A stretch of DNA of 64,000 nucleotides. Source: Octopus sinensis. Lineage: Eukaryota. Under the pieces are notes generated by a model that was not told the DNA's origin, made no database searches, and saw only the letters and a list, made by a program, of their open reading frames with translations. Positions 25,236-37,657 of the stretch are shown here, in pieces; the first letter of the stretch is position 1, and each line of letters opens with the position of its first letter. The translations under genes were made by a program, and so were the position numbers. The DNA lies in the NCBI RefSeq assembly GCF_006345805.1, contig NC_042998.1, positions 22,320,001-22,384,000 on the forward strand. Direction: 5' to 3'.

Positions 25236-25600
25236 ATTTCTTTACTACCCACGAGGGGCTAAACACAGAGAGGACAAACAAGGACAGACAAAGGGATCAA
25301 GTCGATTACATCGACCCCAGTACGAAACTGGTACTTAATTTATCGACCCCGAAAGGATGAAAGGCAAAGTCGACCTCGGCGGAATTTGAACTCAGAACGT
25401 AACGACAGACGAAATACCTATTTCTTTACTACCCACAAGGGGCTAAACACAGAGGGGACAAACAAGGACAGACAAACGGATTAAGTCGATTACATCGACC
25501 CCAGTGTGTAACTAGTACTTATTTAATCGACCCCGAAAGGATGAAAGGCAAAGTCGACCTCGGCGGAATTTGAACTCAGAACGTGTCTGCCAGCTCGCCG
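25236..25600 (-). mobile_element. SINE-B dimer
   Basis: Two ~182-bp bodies joined at GAAATAG|GTATTTC (25417/25418). Confidence 0.88.
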
Positions 25601-26125
25601 CCCGTCGCGGTCCACTTTGAAGCTTTCTCTGTGTGTGACCGGGTGATAAAATGGTCATCGGCCGGATTTTAATTTCAGGACAGTATTTGAACTCGAAACG
25701 CAGAAACTGAAAAAAGATACTGCAAAACATTTCATTCGAGGATTTCGATACTGCAACCTATGACCATGGACTGGTAATTTATTTAGCAATCTCGAAAGGG
25801 ATTTTGGTCGCATGATTTTTATAAAGAACACAGGGAGTTGGAATAAATATTGGTTTCAAATTTTGGTGCAAGGAAGTATTTTATGATTAAAGTTTGTAGG
25901 AAGAGGTAGCTCAGATGAGCTGGTTCGTGCACAAGCAAAGTATAGGTGGAGAAGAGGGCAGTTAGGTGCTAACAAGCATTTTAAGAGCAATGAAAAACAA
26001 GCTGCAGAGGATGAGGGCGCTGGTAGGTGTTAAGGAGAATGATGGGCATAATAAAAAATATAAAAATAGTTCCGACAAGAAAATAGATAAAGTTGAAGGA
26101 TTAAATTAATAGAATGTAAGCAACT

Positions 26126-26293
26126 ACGCGTAGGAGTGGCTGTGTGGTAAGTAGCTTGCTTACGAACACATGGTACCGGGTTCAGTCCCACTGCGTGGCA
26201 CCTTGGTCAAGTGTCTTCTACTATAGTCTCGGGCCGACCAAAGCCTTGTGAATGGATTTGGTAGACAGAAACTGAAAAAAGCACGTCGTATAA

Positions 26294-26335
<42 letters not shown>

Positions 26336-26560
26336 ATGTATATGTTTGTGTGTCTGTGTTTGTCCCTCCAACATCGCTTGACAACCGATGCTGGTGTGTT
26401 TACGTCCCCGTAACTTAGTAGTTCGGCAAAAGGAGACCGATAGAATAAGTACTAGGGCTTACAAAGAATAAGTCCTGGGGTCGATTTGCTCTCGACTAAA
26501 GGCGGTGCTCCAGCATGGCCACAGTCACACGACTGAAACAAGTAAAAGAGTAAAAGAGTA
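26126..26560 (+). mobile_element. Full-length SINE family C
   Basis: As 5230-5708. Confidence 0.9.
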
Positions 26561-28335
26561 ACTAAAATATACAGAAAATGGAAACTGAAAAATACTGAGA
26601 AGAGCGGGCAGACATTATAAAATGTCACGCCGAATATATATTATTTCAAAAGAAGAAAAAAAAAAGGTTTTACATAAATACGTATCGTGATTTTAGATTT
26701 CAAAAATGTTGAAATTCGTTTGAGCTTCTGTTAAGGCAAAATTGGTCAAATTCCAAAATTAGTGGTCCATCCATTTTCTCCAGCCGCTATTCCTGGGAGG
26801 GTTGTGGGGTTAGGGCCCTCGGCATCTTCTCCATAGAGTTCTACCAGATGCAGCTTTCATTGCATTTTCCGGGCGGATTCCCAAGCGCGATCAACTGAGA
26901 CTATGGAAGTTATCCAATCATTTCGTTATTGGTCTACCCCCCACAAGTCTCCTGTCCTTTGATTCGGCTTGAAAAATCCGTCTTGTGATTCTTTCCTGAA
27001 GGGTTACCTTGGGCTCTGAAATACGCACCCTCTCGAGTGACATTACTCCAGAGATCTATCGGAAGGAGTCTATTGCGGCCGCTTGCATTTGCGATCGTAT
27101 ATTCATGACCATCGATGAGGATAGGCACGAAAATCCGAATTGAAGGTGATGAGTTCATTCCTTAAAACTACTGTATATGCGAAATTTCGTAACCAGAGTT
27201 TCTGTAACGCGGTGGATGCCAGGATGTAGAAACTAACATGTTATACTATCAGATTGTAAACATTAAAAAAAAACAAAAAAACAAAAACAAAACAAGAATA
27301 GATATCCAGTATTTCGCATAAGATAGAATCGGTACATCTGAAGGATTTTGAAATGATTGCTAGATGAGAAGAGAGGCAATAGATCAAAAGAAAGCAGAGA
27401 AAATTATTAGAAGTGTCATCATAATTGTCAACTGAATCCTCATCGTAATGATAATCATAAATTTTAGTTCGGTTTGGCATGAATCTATCTTAAATGGAAA
27501 ATTTAAATGCTAGTTAGATTTTAACTTTAATAACCAAACGTAGTAATCATATGGTTATACTCGGCATCGACTGAAGGATCAGCGAATTTTCGCTTTCATC
27601 TAAATATTTCAAGCAATTTCGAAAATTATTGATGGAATCGTACAGCTTACTGCTACAGTAAAGTGTAGAACTTTATAAAGTTTCATTCCTAGTTTAGGAA
27701 TCAGAGAAATGAGTATGGAATTTAAGAGATAAAGCGAACATTCTCATTAGAAGAAAAGACATACCGTTTATGCTATATCGTGAACGTTGAGGAGCAGATA
27801 CCGAATGCTGGAGCTTGTATAGAATTTAAATTGCTATTCCCAATTAGTCGAATATCACGTTTTTCAATAAAGGCTGTATTATTCCTTTGTTAGTGTTGTT
27901 ATACCATTATCTGAGGCTGTTGGATTAATCGTAGACACTCCGGTACCAAACTATTTAATTAACGGTCTTAGGAAGTATAAACGTTACAAAGCGAATCTAT
28001 CTGCTCCATTCATTCGTTAATTGGGATTCAATCAAACACAGAGTGGAAGGTGGGGTGGTGACGGTGGTAGAGGTATGATGGGGGATGGGTGTATGAGGGT
28101 GGTGACGAAAGGTATATCTAGGGTGGATGCTAGAGTATCAACGATAATTCTTGGATACTGATATCGTACATGTGGGACTAAGCTGTTGGTGGGTGGGCGG
28201 GGGGACCAACATTTTAGTTTAGGGCCTAATTGAGTTAGTTGGTTCACAACAAATATTTACTCTTCGCCATTTGCCTCTCGTAGGAACCGTATAGTAGTAG
28301 TGGTGGTGGTGGTGGTAGTAGTAGTAGTAGTAGTG

Positions 28336-28368
<33 letters not shown>

Positions 28369-28506
28369 ACCGAACAAAACTTACGTCGAAAGCGTCCCGG
28401 CTAAGATTATCCGATCTCATTTTCAGGTATACTATATCTAGACATCTAGGGCCGTATTATCCAATCTCCATTTAGTTTTAATTTGGGGATTTTGGGAGTA
28501 TTTGAT

Positions 28507-28526
28507 GGGGGAGGGTGGGGGTGGGG
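28507..28526 (+). other. Potential G-quadruplex motif
   Basis: GGGGG A GGG T GGGGG T GGGG: four G-runs with 1-nt loops. Confidence 0.6.
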
Positions 28527-28599
28527 AGAGAGATTCAACTGATATGTCTGCAATGGTTCTTGATTCGGAGATGAAGAGTGTTAAATCTTAGCAGTTTAT

Positions 28600-28817
28600 A
28601 TCGTCTTATGTGTGTGTATGCGTGTACATATATATATATATATACATACATATATATATGTACATATGTATATATTGTATGTTTGTGTTGTTTGTGTACG
28701 TGTGTATATATATACATATATATATATATGTACATATGTATATATTGTATGTTTGTGTTATGTTTGTGTATGTGTGTATATATATATACATATATATATA
28801 TATATACATATGTATAT

Positions 28818-28854
<37 letters not shown>

Positions 28855-28893
28855 GTATATATTGTATGTTTGTGTTATGTTTGTGTATGTGTG

Positions 28894-28924
<31 letters not shown>

Positions 28925-29162
28925 GTACATATGTATATATTGTATATATATATATATACAATATATACATATGTACATATATATATATATATATACATAC
29001 ATACATATATATATTATATATATACACACATATATATATATACATATGTATATATATATACATAAGTACATATATATGTATATACATATATGTATATACA
29101 TACACACACACACATATATACATATATACATACATATATATACACACACACATATATATACA
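28600..29162. repeat. Higher-order TA/TG compound microsatellite
   Basis: Recurrent ~70-bp unit CATATGTATATATTGTATGTTTGTGTT(A)TGTTTGTGT... Confidence 0.9.
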
Positions 29163-30206
29163 TACTCTTTTACCTTACTTGTTTCAGTCATTTGACTGCG
29201 GCCATGCTGGAGCACCACCTTTTGTCGAGCAAATCGACCCCAGGACTTATTCTTTGTAAGCTTAGTACTTATTCTATCGGTCTCTTTTGCTGAACCGCTA
29301 ATGTTACGGAGACGTAAACACACCAGCATCGGTTGTCAAGCGATGCAGGGGGGGGAGGGACAAACACAGATATACAAACACACACACACACACACATATA
29401 TATACATATATATGACGGGCTTCTTTCGATTTCCGTTTACCAAATCCACTCACAAGGCCTTGGTCGGAAAAAGGTTATAGTAGAAGACACTTGCCTAATG
29501 TGCTACGCAGTGGGACTGAACCCAGAACTGTGTGGTTGGTAAGCAAGCTATTTACCTCACAGCCACTCCTACGCCTATACATATATATTTTTCTTTTATT
29601 TGTTCCAGTCATTTAACTGCGGCCATGCTGAAGCACCACCTTTAGTCGAACAAATCTACCCCAGGACTTATTCTTCGTAAGCCTAATACTTATCCTATAA
29701 GTCTCTTCTGCCGAAGCGCTAAGTTACGGGGACGTGAACACACTAACATCGGTTGTCAAGGTATGCTGGGGGGAAAACACAGACACACAGACACACACAC
29801 ACACACACAACACACACACATATATATATACGACGGGCTTCTTTCAGTTTCCGTCTACCAAATCCGTTTCACAAGGCTTTGGTCGGCCCGAGGCTATAGT
29901 AGAAGATACATGTGCAAGGTGCCACGCATTGGAACTGAACTCGGAACCATCTGGTTTGCAAGTATGTTGACGCAAACAGAAAAAAACATAATTCAAAATA
30001 TGAGTATACATATATATTTTTCATATTTAGCAGAACAGAGTGACTCTAGGTCAGAGAGTTTCGTGCGTTGGCACCTATTAAACTTTGATAAGTGTTAACG
30101 CACGAAATTCTGCAGCCCCGAGTCACTTTGTTACTTCTGCTAAACGTTAATATATATGTAAATATGTATGCATGCAAATATCATGTAAGTGTGTATGTGT
30201 ACATAC

Positions 30207-30264
<58 letters not shown>

Positions 30265-30605
30265 TCTTACACTCTTTTACTTGTTTCAGTCATTTGACTG
30301 CGGCCATGCTGGTGCACCGCCTTTAGTCGAGCAAATCGACCCCAGGACTTATTCTTTGTAAGCCCAGTACTTATTCTATTGGTCTGTTTTGCCGAACCGC
30401 TAAATGACGGGGACGTAAACACACCAGCATCGGTTGTCAAGCAATGCTAGGGGAACAAACATACACACACACACATATATATATACATACATATATACGA
30501 CGGGCTTGCAGTTTCCGTCTACCAAATCCACTCACAAGGCTTTGGTTGGCCCGAGGCTATAGTAGAAGACACTTACTCAAGATGCCACGCAGTGGGACTG
30601 AACCG
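29163..30605 (-). mobile_element. Cluster of three SINE family C copies (29163-29576, ~29595-29965, ~30262-30605)
   Basis: Reverse complements of the family C body, separated by microsatellites and short unique sequence. Confidence 0.88.
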
Positions 30606-30679
30606 GAATATATATATATATATATATACCGTTTGGTACTTGATAATTATAATTATAATTATCAAGTTACTCACCCCGA

Positions 30680-30715
<36 letters not shown>

Positions 30716-30806
30716 ATATATATATATATATATATATACATATATATATACGTGTAAATAAATTAAGAAATGGAGTTAAATGCAGGTGTTATTTAAATCT
30801 TTATAC

Positions 30807-30891
30807 TTCCGACATATGTTTCGAAGAAAACATTGGTTATATTCCTGAGGGACTAAAATGATGTAAAAACAAAGTAATCATCTTAGGGGAA
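30807..30891 (-). ncRNA. Degenerate minimal type I hammerhead motif inside a dispersed repeat (homolog at 41445-41529)
   Basis: Minus strand: TTCC CCTAAGA ... C GAAAC ATAT GTC GGAA. Confidence 0.5.
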
Positions 30892-31459
30892 AAAGAGAAA
30901 CAAAACACATCAATAAACCATTTTAACCGAATGTGATTGCCGCGTATGTAATAAAGGGGACTTATATATTTGTTATTTAAAAAAGAACCGTTAATAGATT
31001 GAACGTGACAGGCAATTTAGAGAAAGTGAAGGCGGAGAAAGAAAGAAATCAACAGAAAATTAAGAGTAGAGAAATATAGTGCGATAGATGGGTGGAAATA
31101 AAGCCTAAAGGCGTGTGAATAGATACATGTAGTGGAAATGAAATTTAAGAAGACAGTCAAAAGTCAAATTTTATAGAAACTAGTTATAAGAACTATGTAT
31201 ATGACTGTGCATTTCTATATAAAATTTGTGTGTATGTGTTTGTGTCTATACGCACCGAAAGCCCACATATATGTGTGTGTGTGAGTGTGTGAAAAAACAT
31301 AGATCCGAAAAAAGCACACTCTAAGATATAGAGCAGTATATAAAAAATAAAGGGGAAGTCTTGGGCCAACAGGTTTTGGGTCCTGACGATACGCCAAAAA
31401 GCTAAGGCCTTTATGGGTGGGAAACTTACGGTAATCCCATAAACCGGCCTTACCCATTG

Positions 31460-31514
<55 letters not shown>

Positions 31515-31714
31515 AGAGAGAGAGAGAGAGATGTACTTGCATAGCAAGTGACCTGATCCGAGATCGCGTGCTGGAACGAAAACATTTGCAGCGTGGAAGG
31601 TGTTTATAAGCCATTTAAGAAACACACAAAAACCGTCAGATTCACTTCAATATTTAAATTTAATTTGCCAAAATATTTTCGTCGCTTTGAGGCCGCGACC
31701 TGTTCATATATATA

Positions 31715-31893
31715 TACAATAAGAGGCTTCCAAATAGGAAAGTGTTGTGCTAGAACACAAATAAGGGATAAATTCACGAAAGGAATCAGATATAGTTGAG
31801 ATGGTAAATGTTTTTAATTTTCATTCCTTTCGTGAATTTGTCCTTTTTTGTGTTCTAGCACAACGCTTTCCTATTTGGAAGCCACTTATTGTA
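31715..31893. repeat. Inverted repeat, ~70-bp arms
   Basis: 31715-31786 pairs with 31823-31893. Confidence 0.85.
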
Positions 31894-32466
31894 TTTCTAT
31901 ATGAATAATATATAGTCTAATGACTAATTCGTTTTTTGTGCTAGGCCACTGGTAATAATAATTTATTATAATAATTGTATAATAATATATAATAGGGTAA
32001 TAATAATTTATTATTACCCTATTTTATTATGTTTATATATATATATATTGGGGTATGCAGGTAATTTCAAAATACCTCACGAAATGACGACCGTGCCCTG
32101 CGTAGTTACGGACGGCCCTTTGGCAAGGTATGGCACTTATTCTGTCACCCTACAAGGGATACGGCGAAGTCATGGGACTGCAGCATGGCAGATTGTGAAG
32201 AGGTAGCCGAAGAGCTCCACTGAGCCATTAATGTAAGCTTCTTACATTAATGTTGAGCAGAGGAATACTTGAAGATCAACGGTCAGAATCACCAAGCTCT
32301 GTCAAGAGAGCAACTGCAAGGCATGCGTAGGAGTGGCGTCGATGGTTGTGTAATCAGTTAATGAAAGATTCACTATGACTCAAACTCTCAGTTCAAGTTC
32401 ATAATAATGGAATTCGATGACAACAGAGATACGTGGGAATCTGCGAAAGATATAATATATATTATA

Positions 32467-32516
<50 letters not shown>

Positions 32517-32805
32517 TTGTTTGTTATGCATTGCAAGATTCTTGATGTGAAATCATGTTTTGAAACAATTATTGTTTTATTTGAGGACGGTCATTTTGCC
32601 CATAAACACACTCACTAGTTAGTTGAGCTTCACTTCAGCTTTTTATTATTATTATTATCATTATTATTATTGTTGTTGTTATTATTATTATTGTTATTAT
32701 TGTTATTATTATTATTGTTATTATTATTATTATTATTTTAAAAAAGATTGGCGTAACTCTTCACAAAGGTAAACAGTCAAGACAAAGAGCGCGATTCGAT
32801 TTTAA

Positions 32806-33031
32806 GATATTTTATTGGTTGAACGATATTTCAACAGTAAGTCTGTCTTTGTCAAGTTCAAAATAAGAAGTGATAAAAATTCAAAATTATAGAAATTTAA
32901 ACGTAGGTATGGTTTCTATCGTTCATACTTTACGTTTAAATTTCTATAATTTTGAATTTTTATAACTTCTTATTTTGAACTTAACAAAGACAGACTTACT
33001 GTGTGAAATATCGTTCAACCCATGAAATATC
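32806..33031. repeat. Inverted repeat, ~100-bp arms, each with a minimal hammerhead-like motif
   Basis: 32806-32905 pairs with 32931-33031; motifs at 32819-32861 (-) and 32975-33018 (+). Confidence 0.85.
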
Positions 33032-33041
33032 ATCATCATTA

Positions 33042-33081
<40 letters not shown>

Positions 33082-33117
33082 ATGAATCTCTGGGCGAGAG
33101 ATAAACAGTAACTGCTC

Positions 33118-33650
33118 TATAACATAAGAGGGATCAGCCATCTGAATGTGGCTAGGGTCAGGGCGGGGTGGTGGGGGTGTTACTGATGCATTTAGCCCCA
33201 GGCGAACATCGACGTCACCAGAAGAGCTGACACCATCTCGGTGTCCTTGCCAGCCAGCAAAGGGAGATCAGCCTCCCCGAAGATACGGATACTACACACG
33301 GACCGGTTTCGAGGTTATTGCCTCTTGTCAATGTTTTCGAACAGATTTTCTACGCCAGTGACTGTGGTTACTGTGAAAATCTATATATATCCAGCCTGCA
33401 GAGGAAGTCCCTCAACGAAGAGCTGTGCTTACCATACGTTGACAAGAGGCAATAACCTCGAAACCGGTCCGTGTGTAGTATCCGTATCTTCGGGGAGGCT
33501 GATCTCCCTTTGCTGGCTGGCAAGGACACCGAGATGGTGTCAGCTCTTTGGTGACGTCGATGTTCGCCTGGGGTTAAATGCATCAGTAACACCCCGCCAC
33601 CCCGCCCTGACCCTAGCCACATTCAGATGGCTGATCCCTCTTATGTTATA
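33118..33650. mobile_element. 533-bp inverted repeat (~213-bp GC-rich arms, 107-bp spacer); probable Penelope-like pseudo-LTR pair
   Basis: 33118-33331 pairs with 33439-33650 with only a few differences; contains a hammerhead motif; (TA)n tracts nearby on both sides. Confidence 0.75.
33433..33475 (+). ncRNA. Minimal type I hammerhead ribozyme, U3-A8 core variant
   Basis: CATACG TTGACAA GAGG CAATAA CCTC GAAA C CG G TC CGTGTG: 6-bp stem I, 4-bp stem II closed by G-C, GUC site, palindromic ACCGGU. Confidence 0.75.
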
Positions 33651-34262
33651 TATATATATTTATAATATATATATATATATATATATAAGTTCAGCAAAAA
33701 TTTAGATTCAAATAAATATGATACTTAATTTAGATGCACCAGAATTTTGTATGGTGTTATCCATAAAAATTTGTGGGGTGATTATAATCAAAATAATCAA
33801 ATTAATCGTACTACATTATTTTATTAAATGTTGTAACTTACAACATTTAATAAAATGATGTAGTACGAAACGATTGTACCAAATTACCGGAGTCATTCTT
33901 GTTGCTTATTTTGAGTATATATATATATATAATTATTTTAAGGGAGAAAGTCAAAACAAGACTTATCTCTCCACCATACTGAATTAATGTCCAAGCATTA
34001 TGAAACTACCGAAAAATAACTCCTTAAAATAATTATATATATATATGTGTGTGTGTGTGTGTAATTATTAATTTAATATATAAATTACTCTTTTCCCTGC
34101 TGACTACTTGATAATTATCATTAACGTGATTTTTATCATCATCATCATTATTATTATTATTATTATTATTCAGTAGTATATTTTTTATAGCGTGCTTTCA
34201 CTTCACTACCGAGCGTAGCTCTGTGTGCCTTGGGTATGTGCTGTGATTTATTGTGATGCTGC

Positions 34263-34304
<42 letters not shown>

Positions 34305-34967
34305 CATTATTATTATTATTAGTTTGTAAGGCGACTAGATGGCAGAATCGTTAGCATGCTTGACGAAATGCTTCAAATGCTTAGCTGTAATTCGCCCATC
34401 GCTACATTCTGAGTTCAAATTCTGCCGATTGTGACTTTGCCTTTCTTTCTCTGTGGGTCGATAGATTAAGTATCAGTGAAAAACTGGGGTCGATATAATC
34501 GACTATCCCCTCGTCCAAAATTGCTGTCCTTGCGGCAAAATTTGAAACCATTATTATTAATATTAGTTTATTTGTCAGAGTTCTTTCGTCACATATTCTG
34601 TGGCCACTTCAACGACTTCCTGTGTCTCCTCTTCTCTCTGGTTTTGTCCCCACTCTGTGTGTATGTGTATGTGTGTATAGCTGTGTGGTAAGTAGCTTGC
34701 TTACCAACCACATGGTTCCAGGTTCAGTCCCACTGCGTGGCACCTTGGGCAAGTGGTTACTTCTATAGCCACGGGCCGACCGACGTTTATGGTTTAAATG
34801 TTTGACAACTCAGCACCGTCCATTGGACAGGGGGCGTTTTGCTCGTTGCGTATATAGTGTATATATTACAAATATAATGACCCCCCCCCCTCCAGACTCC
34901 GACAGGAATAAAATGTTCAAATTTACTCTTTCTGTGCAGCCCGGTACCAAATGATTCACAGCCTGGT

Positions 34968-35386
34968 ACCGAGCTGGCAGAAACGTTAGCACGCCGGGCG
35001 AAATGCGTTGCCGTATTTCGTCTGCCGTTACGTTCTGAGTTCAAATTTCGCCGAGGTTGACTTTGCCTTTCATCCTTTCGGGGTCGATTAAATAAGTACC
35101 AGTTATGCACTGGGGTCGATATAATCGACTTAATCCGTGTGTCTGTCCTTGTTTGTCCTCTCTGTGTTTAGCCCCTTGTGGGTAGTAAAGAAATAGGTAT
35201 TTCGTCTGCCGTTACGTTCTGAGTTCAAATTCCACCGAGGTCGACTTTGCCTTTCATCCTTTCGGGGTCGATTAAATAAGTACCAGTTACGCACTTGGGG
35301 CGATATAATCGACTTAATCCGTGTGTCTGTCCTTGTTTGTCCTCTCTGTGTTTAGCCCCTTGTGAGTAGTAAAGAAATAGGTACTG
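34968..35386 (+). mobile_element. SINE-B dimer
   Basis: Full head plus body, junction GAAATAG|GTATTTC at 35196/35197, then a second body. Confidence 0.9.
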
Positions 35387-35841
35387 GTCTGCGGCCCTTG
35401 GGGGTACTCCTGTTCTACAGAGAATGTACTGGGTTAATGAGCGGTATTAAAGATACGTGTCGATGCAGTCTGTGTACCGAAAAATGCAAATGTAATGTGG
35501 TGCCGTCTAGGGAGAGATTTGTGTTACTAACGAAGCTAGTAGACATGCTGATAAAGCAGAAGACGACGAGTGTCAAAGAAATTACTTGCAGCTCTGAAAT
35601 GAGTGAATGAGTGTCGACAGGGGGGTTTGTCAACGCGAGATAGCCTGAACCCTTTTTGTCAGATGACTTCCCGCCCATTTGTTTAGGCGCAATCTCTTTG
35701 TTGTCGGTTCCTCAGTAACACAGAAACACTGAATGGATTTCGGCTACGGCAAAGAAAGCAAACTAGACAAATAGATAAGGGCTGCTGTTGTTGTTGTTGG
35801 TGTTATTGTTGATGATGTTGCTATTGTTGTTGTTGTTGTTA

Positions 35842-36110
35842 CTCTCTTTACTCGCTTACATGTTTCAGTCATCTGACTGCGGCCATGCTGGAGCACCGCC
35901 TTTAGTCGAGCAAATCGACCCCCAGGACTTATTCTTTGTAAGCCTAGTACTACTTATACTATCGGTCACTCTTGCCGAACCGCTAAGTTACGGGGGGCGT
36001 AAACACACTAGCATCGGTTGTCAAGCGATGTAGGGGGGGAACAAACACAGACACACAAGCATATACACACACATACATATATATATACATATACATATAT
36101 ACGACGGGCT
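35842..36110 (-). mobile_element. SINE family C, 3' part
   Basis: Reverse complement of the family C body and tail. Confidence 0.85.
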
Positions 36111-36451
36111 GAGGTATAACTTTGCATTCAATGTAAAGTAATACCTCATATTCAGGAGGACCTGCTTTACGAGACCCTGGATTTACGAGCTTTTACGAGT
36201 TTTATTTTCTGTTTACGAGTTTTCGCTTTACGAACGTTCTCCGGGAACGAATTATCTCGTATATCGAAACGTTACTGTATCTAAAATGTTGTAAACGCAT
36301 TATCTTTCAATTGGTAGCAGAAAATACCTTCTAGTATTTGCATGGTCCTTGTACGGTCGAATAATTAAGAAGATCGATTCGCAATCGCGAGGTCCCGGAT
36401 TCGATCCCATCGTGTGGAATTTTGGCTAAGCGCTTTTCACCATTGCCTCGA

Positions 36452-36836
36452 TGGAAGCACTCCGTCGGTTACGACGATGAGGGTTCCGGTTGATCCGAAT
36501 CAACGGAACAGCCTGCTCGTGAAATTAACGTGTAAGTGGCTGAGCACTCCACAGACACGTGCACCCTTAACGTAGTTCTCGGGGATATTCAGCGTGACAC
36601 AGAGAGTGACAAGGCCGGCCCTTTGAAATACAGGTACAACAGAAACAGGAAGTAAGAGTGATAGAAAGTTGTGGTGAAAGAGTACAGCAGGGATCACCAC
36701 CATCCCCTGCCGGAGCCTCGTGGAGCTTTTAGGTGTTTTCGCTCAATAAACACTCACAACGCCCGTTCTGGGAATCGAAACCGCGATCCTGTGACCACGA
36801 GTCCGCTACCCTAACCACTGGGACATTGCGCCTCCA
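36452..36836 (-). mobile_element. Full-length young SINE family A inserted in an old family C copy, 14-bp TSD
   Basis: CACCATTGC(C/T)TCGA at 36438-36451 and 36837-36850; both flanks align to the family C head. Confidence 0.88.
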
Positions 36837-37625
36837 CACCATTGCTTCGAGTCGACCCAAGACTGGTGAACGTAATTAGAAATCCGTCGGATGGATTGTG
36901 CCTACAATTTAAAAGCCGTACATTATGTTATAATGATTCGGCTTAAGAACTAATTTAAGTGGCTGAGGAATATTCAACCATTTGTATGCTAATTCAATGT
37001 GCGCGTCGAAACCGATGGAAATCCATTTATTAGCGCTAATAACCTCGGAGTACCAATTCCATTTCGGATTTAGACGGAGACTGTACGATGCAGATTGAAA
37101 TTCCGAGAGTACTTTACTCGTTTAGATAACTTCGATGAACAGGTATTCGACATGGAAATAATTGTTCAGGTTCGATCTCGAATGGTCTGGGGGTACGGGA
37201 TTTTTTGGTTATTATAGTATATTTGGGTTTAATACAAAACATTTTGGAAAAAAATCAAGACAGCAAATAAACATTTTTGATACATCATTTCGTGCAATGC
37301 CTCGCATTTCTGTGTCCAAATTCCGTTAAAGTCGAATTTACCTTTCATATTTTCCGCGATCAATAAAAAGCAATTAATATCAGTCACATAGTTGAATCTC
37401 ATCAACCTTTTGTAAAATCTGTTTACAAAACGAGAGGAAAAAAAATTGCTTTGTGCCTCAGAAAAATAAATCTTTGTTAATGCTCTTACTTTAGTATCTC
37501 TTGTATGCTTTTCATCTTTGCATCTTCCGTAAACATATATCTAACAACATACATTTCACTGAGTGCACTTCACCTTGTATATATAAAGCTATACAACACA
37601 ATCAATAATTTCCTCATATATATAT

Positions 37626-37657
<32 letters not shown>

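Noticed and set aside
32535-32590. Hammerhead-like fold in the repeat shared with 49930-49985
   Set aside because: Stem III and stem I are plausible, but both copies read CTTGATGTG, which does not fit the core.
35362-35610. Cys-rich 82-aa ORF (CRCSLCTEKCKC)
   Set aside because: Starts inside a SINE tail; no known domain spacing or splice support.
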